Positions 32,168-46,628 of a stretch of DNA of 64,000 nucleotides are shown piece by piece; the stretch's first letter is position 1, and the number at the start of each line of letters is the position of its first letter. The notes under the pieces were generated by a model. That model made no database searches and was not told where the DNA came from. It saw nothing but the letters and a program-made list of their open reading frames with translations. The translations under genes and the position numbers were made by a program. Source of the stretch: the human T2T-CHM13v2.0 reference genome, Homo sapiens; assembly GCF_009914755.1 (NCBI RefSeq), contig NC_060927.1. The stretch is one strand, 5' to 3'.

Positions 32168-32173
32168 ATTAAA
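32168..32173 (+). terminator. Polyadenylation signal ATTAAA
   Basis: Common PAS variant ~175 nt after the stop, with downstream gtcttgtgtgttt element. Confidence 0.8.
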
Positions 32174-32246
32174 AATTACCATATTATGAAATTGCTGATA
32201 GTATTTGAAGACTGAGTCTTGTGTGTTTCCCACCCTAGCCCCCAGG

Positions 32247-32352
32247 CTTTCTTTTTTACCCCTTTTCCTTCTCCCCTCCCTCCCTCCATCCCTCTCACTC
32301 TTCCTCCCTCCCTTCCCTCCTTTCCTTCTTCCTTTATTTTTCTTTTCTTTCT
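32247..32352 (+). repeat. Pyrimidine-rich (CT) low-complexity tract just after the PPARG 3' end
   Basis: ~100 bp almost entirely C/T. Confidence 0.85.
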
Positions 32353-32735
32353 TAGACATTTTAAAATATGTGAGTGGAACTGCTGATACACTTTCATTCT
32401 CAGTAAATTAATTTTTTACTCAATTTACAACTTTTCGGAACTCTGCATCTGCTTTAACAATCAGAACTAAGAAGGGAAGGGGAACTTCAGAATCAGAAAC
32501 TGCTCAGAGCATGTGTTTTGTAGCCTGGATGTGCTGATATGCAGCATATCCCTGGGATTACCCAGAATTCAGTCTTCTTCCACAATCCTAACCGAGATTT
32601 TCACGCACCACCAGCAGCCTACTCGTATACTACCTACTAATCAATGCCACTGCGCACCCACAGAGCCAGTGGCCAGCAACTGAGCACTGCTAGAAACTCT
32701 GGGGAACACAGAACTTTTTTAAGATTTGGTATCTG

Positions 32736-33008
32736 CGCCAGGCATGGTGTCTCAAGCCTTTAATCCACGCACGTTAGGAGGCCAAGGTGGATGGATCGAT
32801 TGAGCTGGTCTCTTGTTCGAGACCCTGTCTCCACAACAGTTTTAAATATTAGCCATGTGTGGTGGCACACACCTGTAGTCCCAGCTACTCGCAGGCTGAG
32901 GCGGGAGGATTGCTTGAGCCTGGGAGTTGAGGCTGCAGTGAGCTGTGATGATGCCACTGTATTCCAGCCTGGGCCACAGAGTGAGACCCTGTCTCTAAAA
33001 AAAGATAA
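32736..33008 (+). mobile_element. Degenerate Alu (J-like)
   Basis: Left arm partly deleted; flanked by aagatttggtatctgc / aagatttgacacctgc. Confidence 0.88.
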
Positions 33009-33588
33009 AAAAGATTTGACACCTGCCAAAAAGAATTTACCGATTATAAACTGAGGAGAAAAGATTAATCTTTTTTCATACAGATTCAAATACGCAGATG
33101 AAATCACATGCCAGGTGAATGGTAAGAGTTTGTAGGAAGTAAGATGAGTGAAGATTGGAATCCCAGAGACTGAATCTGTGGATTTGCTGAAGAGGGCCTC
33201 AGGGAAGTGTTAGACTGGAATAGGTAGAGAGGAGGAGAAAAGACATTCCAGAGAAGCAAAATAACAGGAACACAATGAAAGAAAAAAAAAACTGAGGGAG
33301 AAGAGCTACTTTCTGTTTTCTCCTTCTGCAAGGCAGTTTTGCTGTGATTATTCCTGTCCTCCTCCTTGGGACCACTCTGTCCAGAGATCTCTTTTCTGAA
33401 CTCAGAGGCTAACTATCCGCATCATTAATGGAATGCTTGCCTCCCAAGCAGATAGATTCTAAGTTCCCTGAAGGCGTGACAATCTATTCATTCTTGGCAC
33501 AGTGAATAGATTCGTTGATTCAATCCACCAAATTCACTTGCATTGGCTACTCATGAACTCATCATACTATGTCTTTGAAGAATGCCTT

Positions 33589-33792
33589 ACGGGGTGTCTA
33601 AGGGAGAGAATAGAGTCATGGGTTCTCCATTTCTGTTTCTGACTGGGCCAATAAAGCCCCTTCCTCATCCCTCTTTTCCACTTACCACTAGGGACAGAAA
33701 TTAAAAACCATGGCTTCAGGCTACTAAAAGCCTAAACCAAACCAAATCAAACCAAACAACAACAACAAAATAAGGCAGGTTGGACAAGCTTA
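33589..33792. mobile_element. MER30B-like hAT MITE
   Basis: Ends ggggtgtcta... and ...ggttggacaagctt; the interior resembles the consensus as recalled. Confidence 0.65.
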
Positions 33793-36574
33793 CGAGTGTA
33801 ACCAAACTATCTGGAGGTGTCTGTTGTGCGGGACGCTTATTTCCACTGACCTAAATTTCCCTGCCACTTCTCCCTTAATTTATCTTGCCTTAGGATATTT
33901 ACACTCAGGAGACATAACTGCAGACTTGAGGTTTTCAAGCCAAAATATCAAGAAAGACCTGTTCATCTTTTGCTTAAAAATAACTATATCTCCAAAGAAT
34001 CAGGTTATAGAAGTGAGTACTGACCCCAGCCCTAAAAATGTAGGATTCCTAACCCTTCAGGAGAGACCTTTCTGAGCTCAAACCTTTAGGATGACAGATA
34101 GACAAAGACTGAAGCCATTGTCTAAGTAACACCAAAACATTTGGAAGGAAAGTGACAAATTCAGTCAGTCATATGGCTCTTTTTTTTTCTTCCTTGATGC
34201 CAAACATCAGGATATTTTGAAACTTATTTTCAAACACCCAGATGACTGGCTAGAGTCTTCTGTGTAGAGAGCTGATGGTCAGGGATCTCTTGGAAGAGAG
34301 AATGTACAGGCAGTAGACAAGATAGAGTCCACTTCTGAGGCGCTCCCTTATTTACAAGCTTTCTTGAACAAAAAGTCTTTCAGCCCCGCTGCCTGGTCTC
34401 AGTTCCCACCAGCGCTCCGCAGCCCATCCAAGCCTTTCCACATTATCGGAGCTGTTGCTGCCAATGGAAGGAGGAAGAGAAACGCTCTCAGCTCTCTGGC
34501 ACTGATGGTTAGCATTAAATGGCTTTTAAATCCTGGCAGCTTTCAAATTCCCATCTCTGACTTTTTCCCTGTGGCTTGGAAGATCATTTGCTAAATATTT
34601 GACAACACTTTATATTCAGCCTCCAAAGCTCCTGCTCCTTTCTCCCTCTTTCTCTCCCCCAGGATGAATCATAAGTTAACGAATCTGTCATCAGTTATTC
34701 ATAGTACTTTCTCTGGACACAAACACATGTAGGGATGTGTGTTAATAAAAATAGGAAGAAAAGTAACTTTGGTCAAGAGTCAAGAAAGGGTTTCCAGGCT
34801 CCCACAAGAGCCCTCCCCCAGCACCTCCCTGGAACGGGCTCCCTTTTCCTTCCTCCCGCTGTGTGTGGAGCCCAGGAACGAAGAGGGGACACACAGAAGA
34901 AACAAAGCTGCACACCCTGTTTCTCCAGCCGCCATAAGAAATTAGGCTGGCCTGAGTTTCTGGCTCCTTTTTTACAATGTGGGTGCAGAGCAAGGAGCCT
35001 AGGAGGCTCAGGGTCGGAAGAGGTGGCAGCACTAGCTGATGTCACATAGCGAATTTCCAACTAGAGGAAGCCAGAGGGGCAGCTTCACCACCTCCACTGA
35101 GGGGCAAAGAGGGAAGGGGACAGAGGCATCTGTGGCGGGCTTTCTTGGTGGCTTCTGGACTCCAGTGACTTTTTCTTGGCTCCCTCGAGGCTAAAAAGCA
35201 GGTATTTTCCTGGACAGGTCCTCCTTGCTTGACATCACCCGCTGACCGTGTGGTGCTGATGGAAAGAGCTGGGTGAGAGAGGGGCTGGATGTTGGCCTCT
35301 GGATACCCATTCCCTTGGAAATACCTAGTGGAGATGGGCGGGTGCGGGGCTCCTAATTCTACATCCTGAGAGAAAGAACCAAAGCTCATTTCCACCATGC
35401 CCATCCCCATTGCTTTCTGGTCCCCCTTTTCCTACTCATTCACTCCAAGAGTTTGGGTTATGAGACAGGAGGACCAAGATGCCTGATGGTCACTAGGTGG
35501 CCCCCTCCCTACCTTCTGCTCACCCCCTCATCCTGGTTCTTGACCTCAGCCCCTGGCTGTCTCTGCATCATGAATGTTGTTATTTGCACGTCTCCACCCT
35601 GACCGTGGGATTGCACCTGGTACATCCTCCATTTAACACCAACTGAAAAGAAATAGCAGGGTTTTAAGAATTCAAAAGATCATACAATGTCCCAGAGCCC
35701 CACCGCATTCATTAAACACATAATCCATACTCCAGTCATGTCTAGCAGGTTATGATGGTGACCGCGACTAGGCCCTGCTCTCAAGGGGGGCACAGTCTGT
35801 GGATGAGTAGTCACAGCTCAGCAGACGCAACAAGTGCCTAGAGAGGTGAAAGGATTTGCAGAGCGTGTGCATAGGCCCAAGAGTGTGAAATTCTCCAAGC
35901 GTTCAGAAAACGGCCAGGTGAGGGGCGTGGCCCACAGCTCCCAGGCTAAAATGTGGATGTGGCCAGTCAGCGGCAAATTGTGGGAGCCTTGTCCTCCCTG
36001 ACGAGGAGCTCTCTCGGGCTGTGTTGGTAGCAACTGGGATCCGGGGATGCTGCCAGGCAGAAGAGAGACATGGTCAAATTTGCAATTTGGAAAGTCAGCG
36101 CCCCGAAAGTCAACACTCCCCAAAGTAGAAATTCTCTCTACAATGCTCCTGATGGTTGCCCAACCCACAGACAACTACTGAAGAGACAAGAAGCTCTCTC
36201 CCCTCTAAGGCCCTGGGTGATTTCCACCCCGCAGGCCTGGCTCTGCCCCTGGGCTCACACTTACCACATGCTTGCTCCTGCACCCTGGGGGCTCCAGCTC
36301 ACCTCCTTCCCTTTCATCTGGTCGCAATATCTTGCCTCAATCATAAACAGCTTAAGGACACTGGCCCTATCCCCTGTTGATATCCATTCCCTACCGTTGC
36401 TCATATTGCCCCAAGCTACAAAGGCCCTCTGCTTCCAGGAGCTTCGTTTCACCTTCTTAATCTAATTCATGGAGATCTCATGGTCATTTTTATCCACATA
36501 TGTCAAAGCCTGCCTGTCCCATATCTCATGTCCAGAAAAGGCCTGCATTGGTCATAGACCTCAAGAAAATTAGA

Positions 36575-36878
<304 letters not shown>

Positions 36879-39324
36879 GCATATTAAAAACAAAAGAGAT
36901 TATTATATAAGACACTTAGAACTGTGTGTAGCACACAGTATGTGTTCAATAAATAGCAACTATTATTGGAGACGGCACCCTGGGGTGGAATGCAGAGTTA
37001 CGCTGATTTGGGTTAAAAGTCTAACTTCACAGCTATGGTTCTAGGTCCATATGGCTTTGGCCAATCTCTTAATCTTTCTAGGCCTTAATTGCCCTCATAT
37101 GTAAAATGAGATAATATCCACCTTAGAGGGCTGTTATGAGGCTTAAATGTAATAATGGTTGTAAAACACTTCACACAGGTTCCCGGTACATCCAAACCAG
37201 TCGGTAGTGTTGGCTGCGGGTAACGTTATTGCCGCGGCTGTTAAAGTGCCCCACCTTTAAGGAGGCATTCTGGGCCCACGGGACAGGTCTTCCTGTGCAA
37301 GTGTTCTGGACCTCACCTGAGGAGCCTGGAAACTCAAAGCCGGGATTGAATTTGGCACTTGGCAGTAGAGTAAAAATACATTCTCTCAAAAGATTTTGCC
37401 TCCAATCTATAAGGATTAGGAGAAAAAAACAGTATTTGAAAGACAACTGCTGTGTTCTGATTTAGAACACATGCTCAGGATGAGGCTACAAAAACATTCT
37501 CTCCCCAAGTAGTGGGACTTTTCTCTTGTGACTTACACTCCTAATTTTAGACTAATATTACATAGTTGGAATTTCCAGAGGGGTTATAAAGAATAAGAAA
37601 ATTGCTAATTTGAGTCTGTAGGGAGTGGGTTGGGATATTTTCATCCCCTCCGGAGCTGTGTAAATATGTTCCAGGCCAAAAGTTCCCAGGAGAGTGTCAT
37701 TCCTGGGGTCTATTTAGTGCCACGGGCTTGACTCAAGGAGGATCCTAGTGGCTTCCCGCAAGAGTTGGAAAATTGTGATCCCCTGGCCATTTTTCCACAA
37801 TACTGGAAGCCGGAAAGTGTAGGTTAGAGCCCCCATTGTCCGTTTGAGACTTAGCACTGCCATTTTCTATGTATGTGGCCTTGGGTAGGTCACTTTCCTC
37901 TCTGGGGACATCATACCTGGCCTGTAGAACTATCTCAGCAAATTACATCTAATTCCTTCATGATGAATGGGCCTCAGTTTCCCTAGCCATAAAATGGGAA
38001 TAGCAGCACCTACCCTGCATGTTTTATAGAGTAAATGAAAAAAAGCAGGGCAAGCCTGATCACTACTCTTTACAGATAAGAAAGGCCCATAGAGGTGAAG
38101 GAGCTAGGCCAGAAAAATGGAGAGGCAGGGCTGAGGCTGGACCTCAGGCTTCCAGAGGCCCACCCCTGCTAGGGCTCTTTCTTGGTATGCTGTGCTGTCT
38201 CCAGAATAACCAAAGACAGTGTTGCCTGGTTGGCAGAGCAAAAGCGTTAGGGCAGGAAAGACTAAAGTTTGACTTTGGTTCTGCCGCATACTATCTGTGC
38301 AACCTTAGGTAAGTTGCTTCCTGTCTCTGGGCCTCAGTTTCTTCATCTAGTTGGCGAAGTCCCCAATTCCTATCTGATAGAGTTGTTGTGAGAATGAGAG
38401 GTCATAAGTGGATGAAGTGCTTAAGTCCCATAAACTATTAAAATCTTCAAAAGACGAGTACCTCCAACCTCACAGGATTTGCTAGGAGCTCATCCTGGCC
38501 AGGGGACATTGGTAACCAGCATCCACCACCAGAGAAGAAATCATGAGACTCTGCCCATGAGGACCTGTCCAGTGTTGCCTGGGTCTGATAGGGGTTTGCA
38601 GTGGGACTTGGGAAGTCACTTTCTCAGAGCCTCAGTTTCCCCATCTCCACAGAGAGCTGGTCTGCCCTTCTAGCTCTGATATCCCAAGGCCTTGGGGGCC
38701 TCCAGGGGAGGCTGGCAGGAAGAAAGAGCCCTCTCTGGCTGACCCTCGGAGGCCTGTGTTCTCTGCTGCCTGTGCTTGCATTCAGCCCTCCTAGCGACCT
38801 AGGCCTGGACCAGGCAACAGCCAGCACTTATTAAAGGCCTGGGGCTGGTCCAGCCACCTCCAAGGGGAGGGGAGGGACACCGGATGGATGGCTGGTTCCC
38901 ACCCAAAGCCAAGCTGCTCAGAGAGGGGCGTTGTGCTGAGTCAGCGGGTTGGCAGCTCCTGGCCCGGGGTCTCTGGCCGCCTGAGCCTGCCAGATGGGCT
39001 GGAGCCAGGAAGGCCTCCGAGGAGCCGGCGTGTTATCGATGATGCTGCCGCTGCTGCCACAGCAGTGGGAAACGTGCCCTGGAAAAGCCTCTCCCCAGCC
39101 AGGCCTCCCAGGGCTGCAGGGTGGGGGACGGTTGCTGGGGAAGGAGGAGTTTTAGGAGTTGCCTCCTACTGTCAAGATTCTAGCCAGGGCTGCCCCCCTC
39201 GTGTCCCCTGTCTCCCCACTCTGTCACCTCACGATAGCAAGTATTCTCCAGCACCAAGTACAAGCTTTACTTATAAACTGCCCTCTGTCTGCTGAATCCT
39301 TCCACAAGCCCGGTGAGGTGGTTT

Positions 39325-39800
39325 ATGGGTCAGGATCCCAGCAGGGGGAAATGGCACACTCAAAAGAGACCATTGAGGAGCGTGTCATGCAGAGACTAGA
39401 TTCAAAGTCGTGGGAGGGTTAAATGAAGGGAAACCAGGAAAGGATAGTGAAACATGCCAAGGCCGGCCTCCGCAGAAAGCCTTTACCCCCCACCCGCCCA
39501 GCTCTAAAGGACAAGGGAAGAAAAGGTGGCACGACCTCCAGAGGGCTGCAGGCAGAGAAGAGGCTCCCCTCAGGAGTCGCACCCCTAACACCAAGGAATG
39601 CAACCACTGGTCACTCCAGCATGGCCAAGAGGAGTCCTTTTCTCCTCTCAACCTCCTGCCAAAGTCTCCCATTGGCCAAGTCCAGCTGGAAGCCAGAGAG
39701 CAAAAGAGCCAATGGATACCATGCGTGCGATTCAGCCTCCTGGAGCACACAGCCTGGTAGAGAAGAGTGGAGGGGGCATCTGAGGGGCAAGGAGAATACT
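39325..39800. mobile_element. ERVL solo LTR (LTR33-like)
   Basis: gtcaggatcccagcagggggaaatggcacactcaaa start; similar copy at 48121. Confidence 0.55.
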
Positions 39801-41139
39801 CCGCACAGGTGGACAGTATTCTCAAGCCCATGATACTCAAAGGGAAAGAGAGAAACTGAACTCTGAGGTCACAGAGCCATAACTCCATTCTAGGATTCCA
39901 ACTTAGGTCCTCCTAGCCCCAGAGCCATGGTCTTTCCATTACATGAGACCTGCTGCAAGAGAGGACCTAGGAACCACGGCAGAAGGAAAGGGAGCTTGAC
40001 TCATTCTGCATCTCCTTACGTCCCTAGCCAGGGTGGGTGCTTGCAGCTGGGAACCCGGTGCGACCCTATGGGGTGCTTCCTGCATGTTTCCATCATGTTC
40101 CCTGGAGATGTGAGGAGTGTAGTCTAATGCAGCCCACGCAGGTTTTCCTCTGAAAGTTAACATGAGCTTTGTCATTTACTCCTATATATGTAAATACCTT
40201 ATATATAGATATTATATATATTTGTAACTTTAAAATTAATGTATAAAGTATCATTTAGAAGTTAAATGACTTCATTTATTTCTACCTACCCCAAAACTTT
40301 GAGAAGAAAAAGAGTCCCCAGCATGGAGCACTACATCTTTCCTATGGCTTCGGGTGCCCCTAAGAGAGGGCTGTGTACCCCACTTTGAGAGGCACAGACC
40401 CTCCTGTCCTTCAGGGAGAGAAGTTCCTTGCCCAGCGTCTCCTGGGTAATAGTCAGACTTTGAGTCCCGTGACCCTGCTTTTTGCACGGTGGAGACAAAG
40501 GAAATCTGGCCAAAATGGAGCCCAGGAGACAGCCTGAAAGGGGAGAAAAGGTCACTCATGGTCAGCCTGAGAGGAGGGAAGAGGAAAAGATTTGAGCTCC
40601 GTGTCAGCAAATGCTCACTGACATTCTCTGTCCCCAGCTGTCCCCGTGCTCTGGGGATACATAGATAAGCCTGGCATGACTTGGGTCACCAAAGAACTCA
40701 CTCTCATGGAAGAGATAAACACAAACGCTGGCAACGCCAAGACACCCGACAGGTGCCAGGAGTGGAATGGCTCGGAGGCAGGCAGGCGGGTTCAAATCCC
40801 CCACGCAGCCATTTCTTAGCTGTATCACCGTAGGCAAGCCATGTAACTGTCTAGGTTTCCTCTTTTATAATTGGGCAAGCTCATACCTACTTCCCAAAGT
40901 TACCGTTAAGGAATGAGATAGATGAAGTATGAGAGCACTTAGCACGTAACCCAATGCCACAAATGCCGGGACAGAGGGTTGTGCACGTCACGACGAAAGA
41001 GGACAGCCATGTTTCTCCAGCCCCACATTGCACTTATGATTCGACGTCGAAAGAATTTATTTTAAATTTCCCAGATAACCTGAGCTCTGTGGTTTCTGTT
41101 GCTATGGAAGTGGGGAAGAGGTTTCACTCTGCCCCGGGG

Positions 41140-41900
41140 AGGTAAAGGGAAGGCTTCACAGTGGAGGTGACATTTGAGATGAGTGGGAGGATTTATGAGA
41201 GTGGCCCAGGCAGACAAGGAAGAAACAGCTGGCAAAGGGCTCATGCACAAAAGCACGTGGCATGTTGGGAAGTATAAATATTGAGATGTGGCTGGGATAT
41301 GAGGGTGCTGGGGGAGGAGGAATGGCTGGAACACTAGAATAGAATCAAGGCTTTTTTAATATAGGTCGGGACTTAAACTGATGGACGGAGTGATTTCTAC
41401 TTTATCCAGGGAGCATGGAAAGCCTTGGAAGGTTTTAAGCAGGGAAGTTGCAAATCAGATATTCCCTCTGGTGATCCCTTCATCAGCCGAGGAGATAGGA
41501 CTTGACTGGAGGGTGGGAGACCACGAGGAGGCTGTGACCGTCATACAGATAAGAGGTGGCAGTGGCATGGTGAGGGAATGGCACTGGCATTGGGGTCGGA
41601 AGGAGTAGACAGATTTGGGAAACAGTCCAGGATCTACTTAACATGGAGGTGAGGGAGGGGGAACTCTCAAGGTGATACTCAGGTGACATGGATTGTGGGA
41701 CAGGGACATGCTCTTTATTGGACTAGGGGGCTTGTTGGAGAGAACATTCATAAGTTCTGCTTCAGAAATCCTGAGGGTGAGGTACCTGTGGGGCACCCAG
41801 GCGGGGGTGTCTCGTTGGCTGTTTGATCTATGGGTGTCTGGAGCTTAGAGGTGCAGGCAGGCTGGGGAAGAAGGTGACCAGGGTTACAGAACAGCCACAG
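41140..41900. mobile_element. L2 remnant
   Basis: gggaaggcttcacagtggaggtgacatttgagatg, ggaaagccttggaaggttttaagcaggga motifs. Confidence 0.7.
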
Positions 41901-43879
41901 TAAAGGAGGCCAACATGTGTTCCTGCTGGAGCTCCCTGTAGGACCGTAGGTCAATCATCTTGCCCCGCAAACCCCATTTTCCCACTGGGCTCAGGAGGTC
42001 TGAATGTCTGCGTTGTCTTTGTATCCACTGGCTCCCTAAAGATGTACAGAGCGCCTTCTGCATGCCGGGGGCTGCTGGAGAAATGGGATTCCCATTTAAC
42101 TGCCCGTCATCTCATTTCTCCAGCACAGTGACCATCTGAGAGAAATAGTATTGTTCCATTTCACAGGTGGGTAAACTGAGGCCATTAAGTGACAGAACTG
42201 GGAGTTCTTCTAAATTCAAATACGGTGACTGTCCTTCAAATTGGCAGAACCAAAGACCTCTGGGAATTGAAGGTTAGGGGCCTCCATAAATGGGCCTCCC
42301 CCTCCCCTGTGGCTGTTTATGCTGCCCCAGAGTGGGTATTTCTTCTACTCTGTCTCCACACACAGACGCGCACACCGTCCAAGAGGCATGCCTTGCTGAC
42401 TCCTTCACAGGACTTTATTCTCTCCGGTAACTCAAAGGAAAGGTTCCCTGAGTGCCTATCTCGCCTCTGGGAGAGAGAGTTTTATTATCAGGGCAGCAGT
42501 GGCCCAGACGGCAGGGCCCCACAGGGCAGAGTCCTTTCACTCTTCAGATTCCTTCTCCCCGGGCTGCTGCCACCGCCCCCTCCTGCCCTGATCTGCATCC
42601 CTGGACCCCAGCCAGCGCCAAAACAGCGCTGAAAGTCAGCCCCGGCTCAGAAGCCCTGCCCGTTCTTCCTTCCCACCCCCATGTTTTCAAGCATGAAGCC
42701 TTGGGGCCTCCGTTTTCGCATCAATCAGATGGAGGTGATCCTTATTTCTACAGACCTAACAGGGCCATGTGGAGGATTAGATGAGATAATGGAAGGAGAA
42801 AGTGCTTCGCAAACACCACAGACTAGCACTCCTGGGGCCGCCGTGTTATTAGTACTGTTACCTGACCTGGTGTCTCTGTACCCGCGGCTCCTGAGTCAGT
42901 CCTCAGGGCAGGTACAATTCCAGCTCCAAGGGAATGAGGTTTTCTCCCTGGAGCTATTGGAGGTCCCCCAGCAAACTTTCTGCCTGGTTTTTACAAGCTT
43001 TGTGAGAGGGTTTGTGCTGTGACTAACACCCGATCCTCTGACTCCCTTGGTCACCACTACCTGCTGGGCAGGAAGTCAGCAGGACTCGACCCCCCTTAAT
43101 CACTGCCACCTTCCCATGACCCGCCTCAATCACGTCTCTTTACAGTTGGGCAGAGCCGGCTGGGCCTCCTCAAACTTCCATATCTGCACCGGGAGATCAC
43201 TGATAGGGCTAATGGCATTTGCTTGCCTCCACACCCTGGGCCCAGTGCTCCAGGAGTCACGCAATCCCACAGGCCCAGGGCGGAAACTGTTCCCACAGCA
43301 GCAAGGCCCTCCGGCCTGGGGAGCCTCCCCGCCCCATAAAATATATGAAAAGAGCCTTTCTTCATGGCCACCTGGCCAGCCAGCCTCAAAGCCATAGGAA
43401 GTCCCCTCTCCTCCCCATCACTGCCCACCTCCATCCCTCCTGCCCTCACCCTACCACCCACCTCTGTGCACTCTCTCTCTCTCTCGCTGTCTCTCTCTCT
43501 CTGCGTTTGGGCTCCCAGGGATCTCCAGACCCCTAATTTCTCCTGCCAGGCATGAAAACTTTGCTAATTTGACAGCCCTCCATTGAATCACATATTCAGT
43601 CATTTGTTCATTCATTTGTTCAGTACTCACCAGGTGTCACCTCTGAGACAGGCCCTATTGTTGAATGCTGGGGACATAAAGATGAGTGAGACAATCCCTG
43701 ACATCCAGCAGTGTGTGGGTTGGGATTGGGATGGAGAAACTGGAGGTAGGGACCACTGACGAGGCTGCTGCAGCAGCTCCAATGCAGGAGGCTGGCCCGT
43801 GTCCCTCGGCCTTACCACCTGGGTGCACACTGGCCCGACTTCTGGCCGCCAGCCCCTGTGGTTCCTTGCCTGAGCCCTT

Positions 43880-44248
43880 TCTAGCCACAGAAGTCTGCTT
43901 TGCTGTTCCATGCAGTCGACTAGATTTGCCAGGGTCTCAGTGCTCCCCAGGAGTGCTCTTGACTGAGGACTGATGATTAATTTAGTTGGGGCATATAGAC
44001 CCCTGCTCCCTCACATCTCAGGTAGGATATCTGTTCTGCACTGACTCCCAGAGTTTCCCCAGTGGGATTCAGAGCCACTCTCCCACAGTGCCAACCTGCC
44101 TGAAAACAACTTTTCTGGCTGCCTTCTCTTCCAGGTCTCATTTCCTCACTCACTGCCTTACCCGTATTCTCTTATCTTCCAAATAAACTACTTGCACTCA
44201 AATCCTTTCTCAGGGTCTGCTTGTTGGAGGAGGCCAAACTAAGTAGAC
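43880..44248 (+). mobile_element. ERVL solo LTR (LTR16-like; 5' boundary uncertain)
   Basis: 3' end ccaaataaactacttgcactcaaatcctttctcagggtctgctt...ccaaactaag. Confidence 0.65.
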
Positions 44249-44409
44249 AGCAGGTTAGCAATAGAGGTGGCTGGAGTTAGGACAGCGGCAGTCACCCACT
44301 TATACAGATAGCGAGAACACGCTTGAGCACCTACTGTACACCCAGATCCTGAATGCTGAGGACACTGGGGTGAACCTGTCATGGGCCCTGCCTTTAAGAA
44401 ACACACTGG

Positions 44410-45160
<751 letters not shown>

Positions 45161-45231
45161 AAGAAATGCACTGTCTAGTGAGTGAGGCAGACAAGTAAAC
45201 CAACAGTTACCAGCAGAGATATGCGCGATAA

Positions 45232-45623
<392 letters not shown>

Positions 45624-45904
45624 TAAGCTGTGTCTTAAATGTTCAGTAGGAGCTGCTCAAGCGGAGAAAGTGAGTAAGGGTGCGTCAGGTAAAGGAACAG
45701 TATAGGTAAAGGCACAGAAGTATAACCAAGCACAGCCCAGTTCCAGAAACACTAAGCTGTCCACTGGGGATGGGACATTGGGCATATATGAAAGAATAGT
45801 GGGAAATGAGCCAGATTCCAGATCCTAAAAGGGCTCTTGGACATTACATTTTTTAAAGGGGAATCTGAATACATCAATGTTTAACCCGAAGACATGAAAC
45901 TCTA

Positions 45905-46053
45905 GCCAGGTATGGTGACACACCCCTGTAGTCCCAGCTACCCAGGAGGTTGAGGCCAGAGGATCATTTGAGGCCAGCAGTTGGAGGCTGTGGTGAGCCA
46001 TGGTTGCACCTGTGAATAGCCACTGCACTCAGCCTGGGCAACATAGTGGGACC
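45905..46053 (+). mobile_element. Alu right monomer (FRAM-like)
   Basis: gccaggtatggtgacacacccctgtagtcccagctac...gcctgggcaacatagtg. Confidence 0.85.
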
Positions 46054-46628
46054 AAAAAAGAAAGAAGAAAGAGAGAAAAAGAAAAAGAAAGAGGAAGGAA
46101 GGAAGAAGAAGAGAAGGAAGGGAGGGAGGGAGGAAGGAAGGAAGGAAGGAGAAGGGAAGGAAGGAAGGAGAAGAAGGGAAGGAAGGAAGGAGAAGAAGAG
46201 AAGGAAGGAGGGAGAAGAAGGGAAGGAAGGAAGGAGAAGAAGAGAAGGAAGGAAGGAGAAGAAGGGAAGGAAGGAAGGAGAAGAAGAGAAGGAAGGAAGG
46301 AGAAGAAGGGAAGGAAGGAAGGAGAAGAAGAGAAGGAAGGAAGGAGAAGAAGGGAAGGAAGGAAGGAGAAGAAGGGAAGGAAGGAAGGAGAAGAAGAGAA
46401 GGAAGGAAGGAGAAGAAGGGAAGGAAGGAAGGAGAAGAAGGGAAGGAAGGAAGGAGAAGAAGAGAAGGAAGGAAGGAGAAGAAGGGAAGGAAGGAAGGAG
46501 AAGAAGGGAAGGAAGGAAGGAGAAGAAGAGAAGGAAGGAAGGAGAAGAAGGGAAGGAAGGAAGGAGAAGGGAAGGAAGGAAGAAGAAGGGAAGGAAGGAA
46601 GGAGAAGATGGGAAGGAAGGAAGGAAGG
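46054..46628 (+). repeat. Polypurine minisatellite, 22-bp unit ggagaagaag(g/a)gaaggaaggaa
   Basis: 575 bp of A/G with a single T at 46609. Confidence 0.95.

Larger units (their letters stand above)
31993..32203 (+). other. PPARG: PPARG 3' UTR (~200 nt, AU-rich; 3' end approximate)
   Basis: Follows the stop, contains ATTTA motifs and ATTAAA, and is followed by a GU/U-rich stretch at ~32216-32228. Confidence 0.85.
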
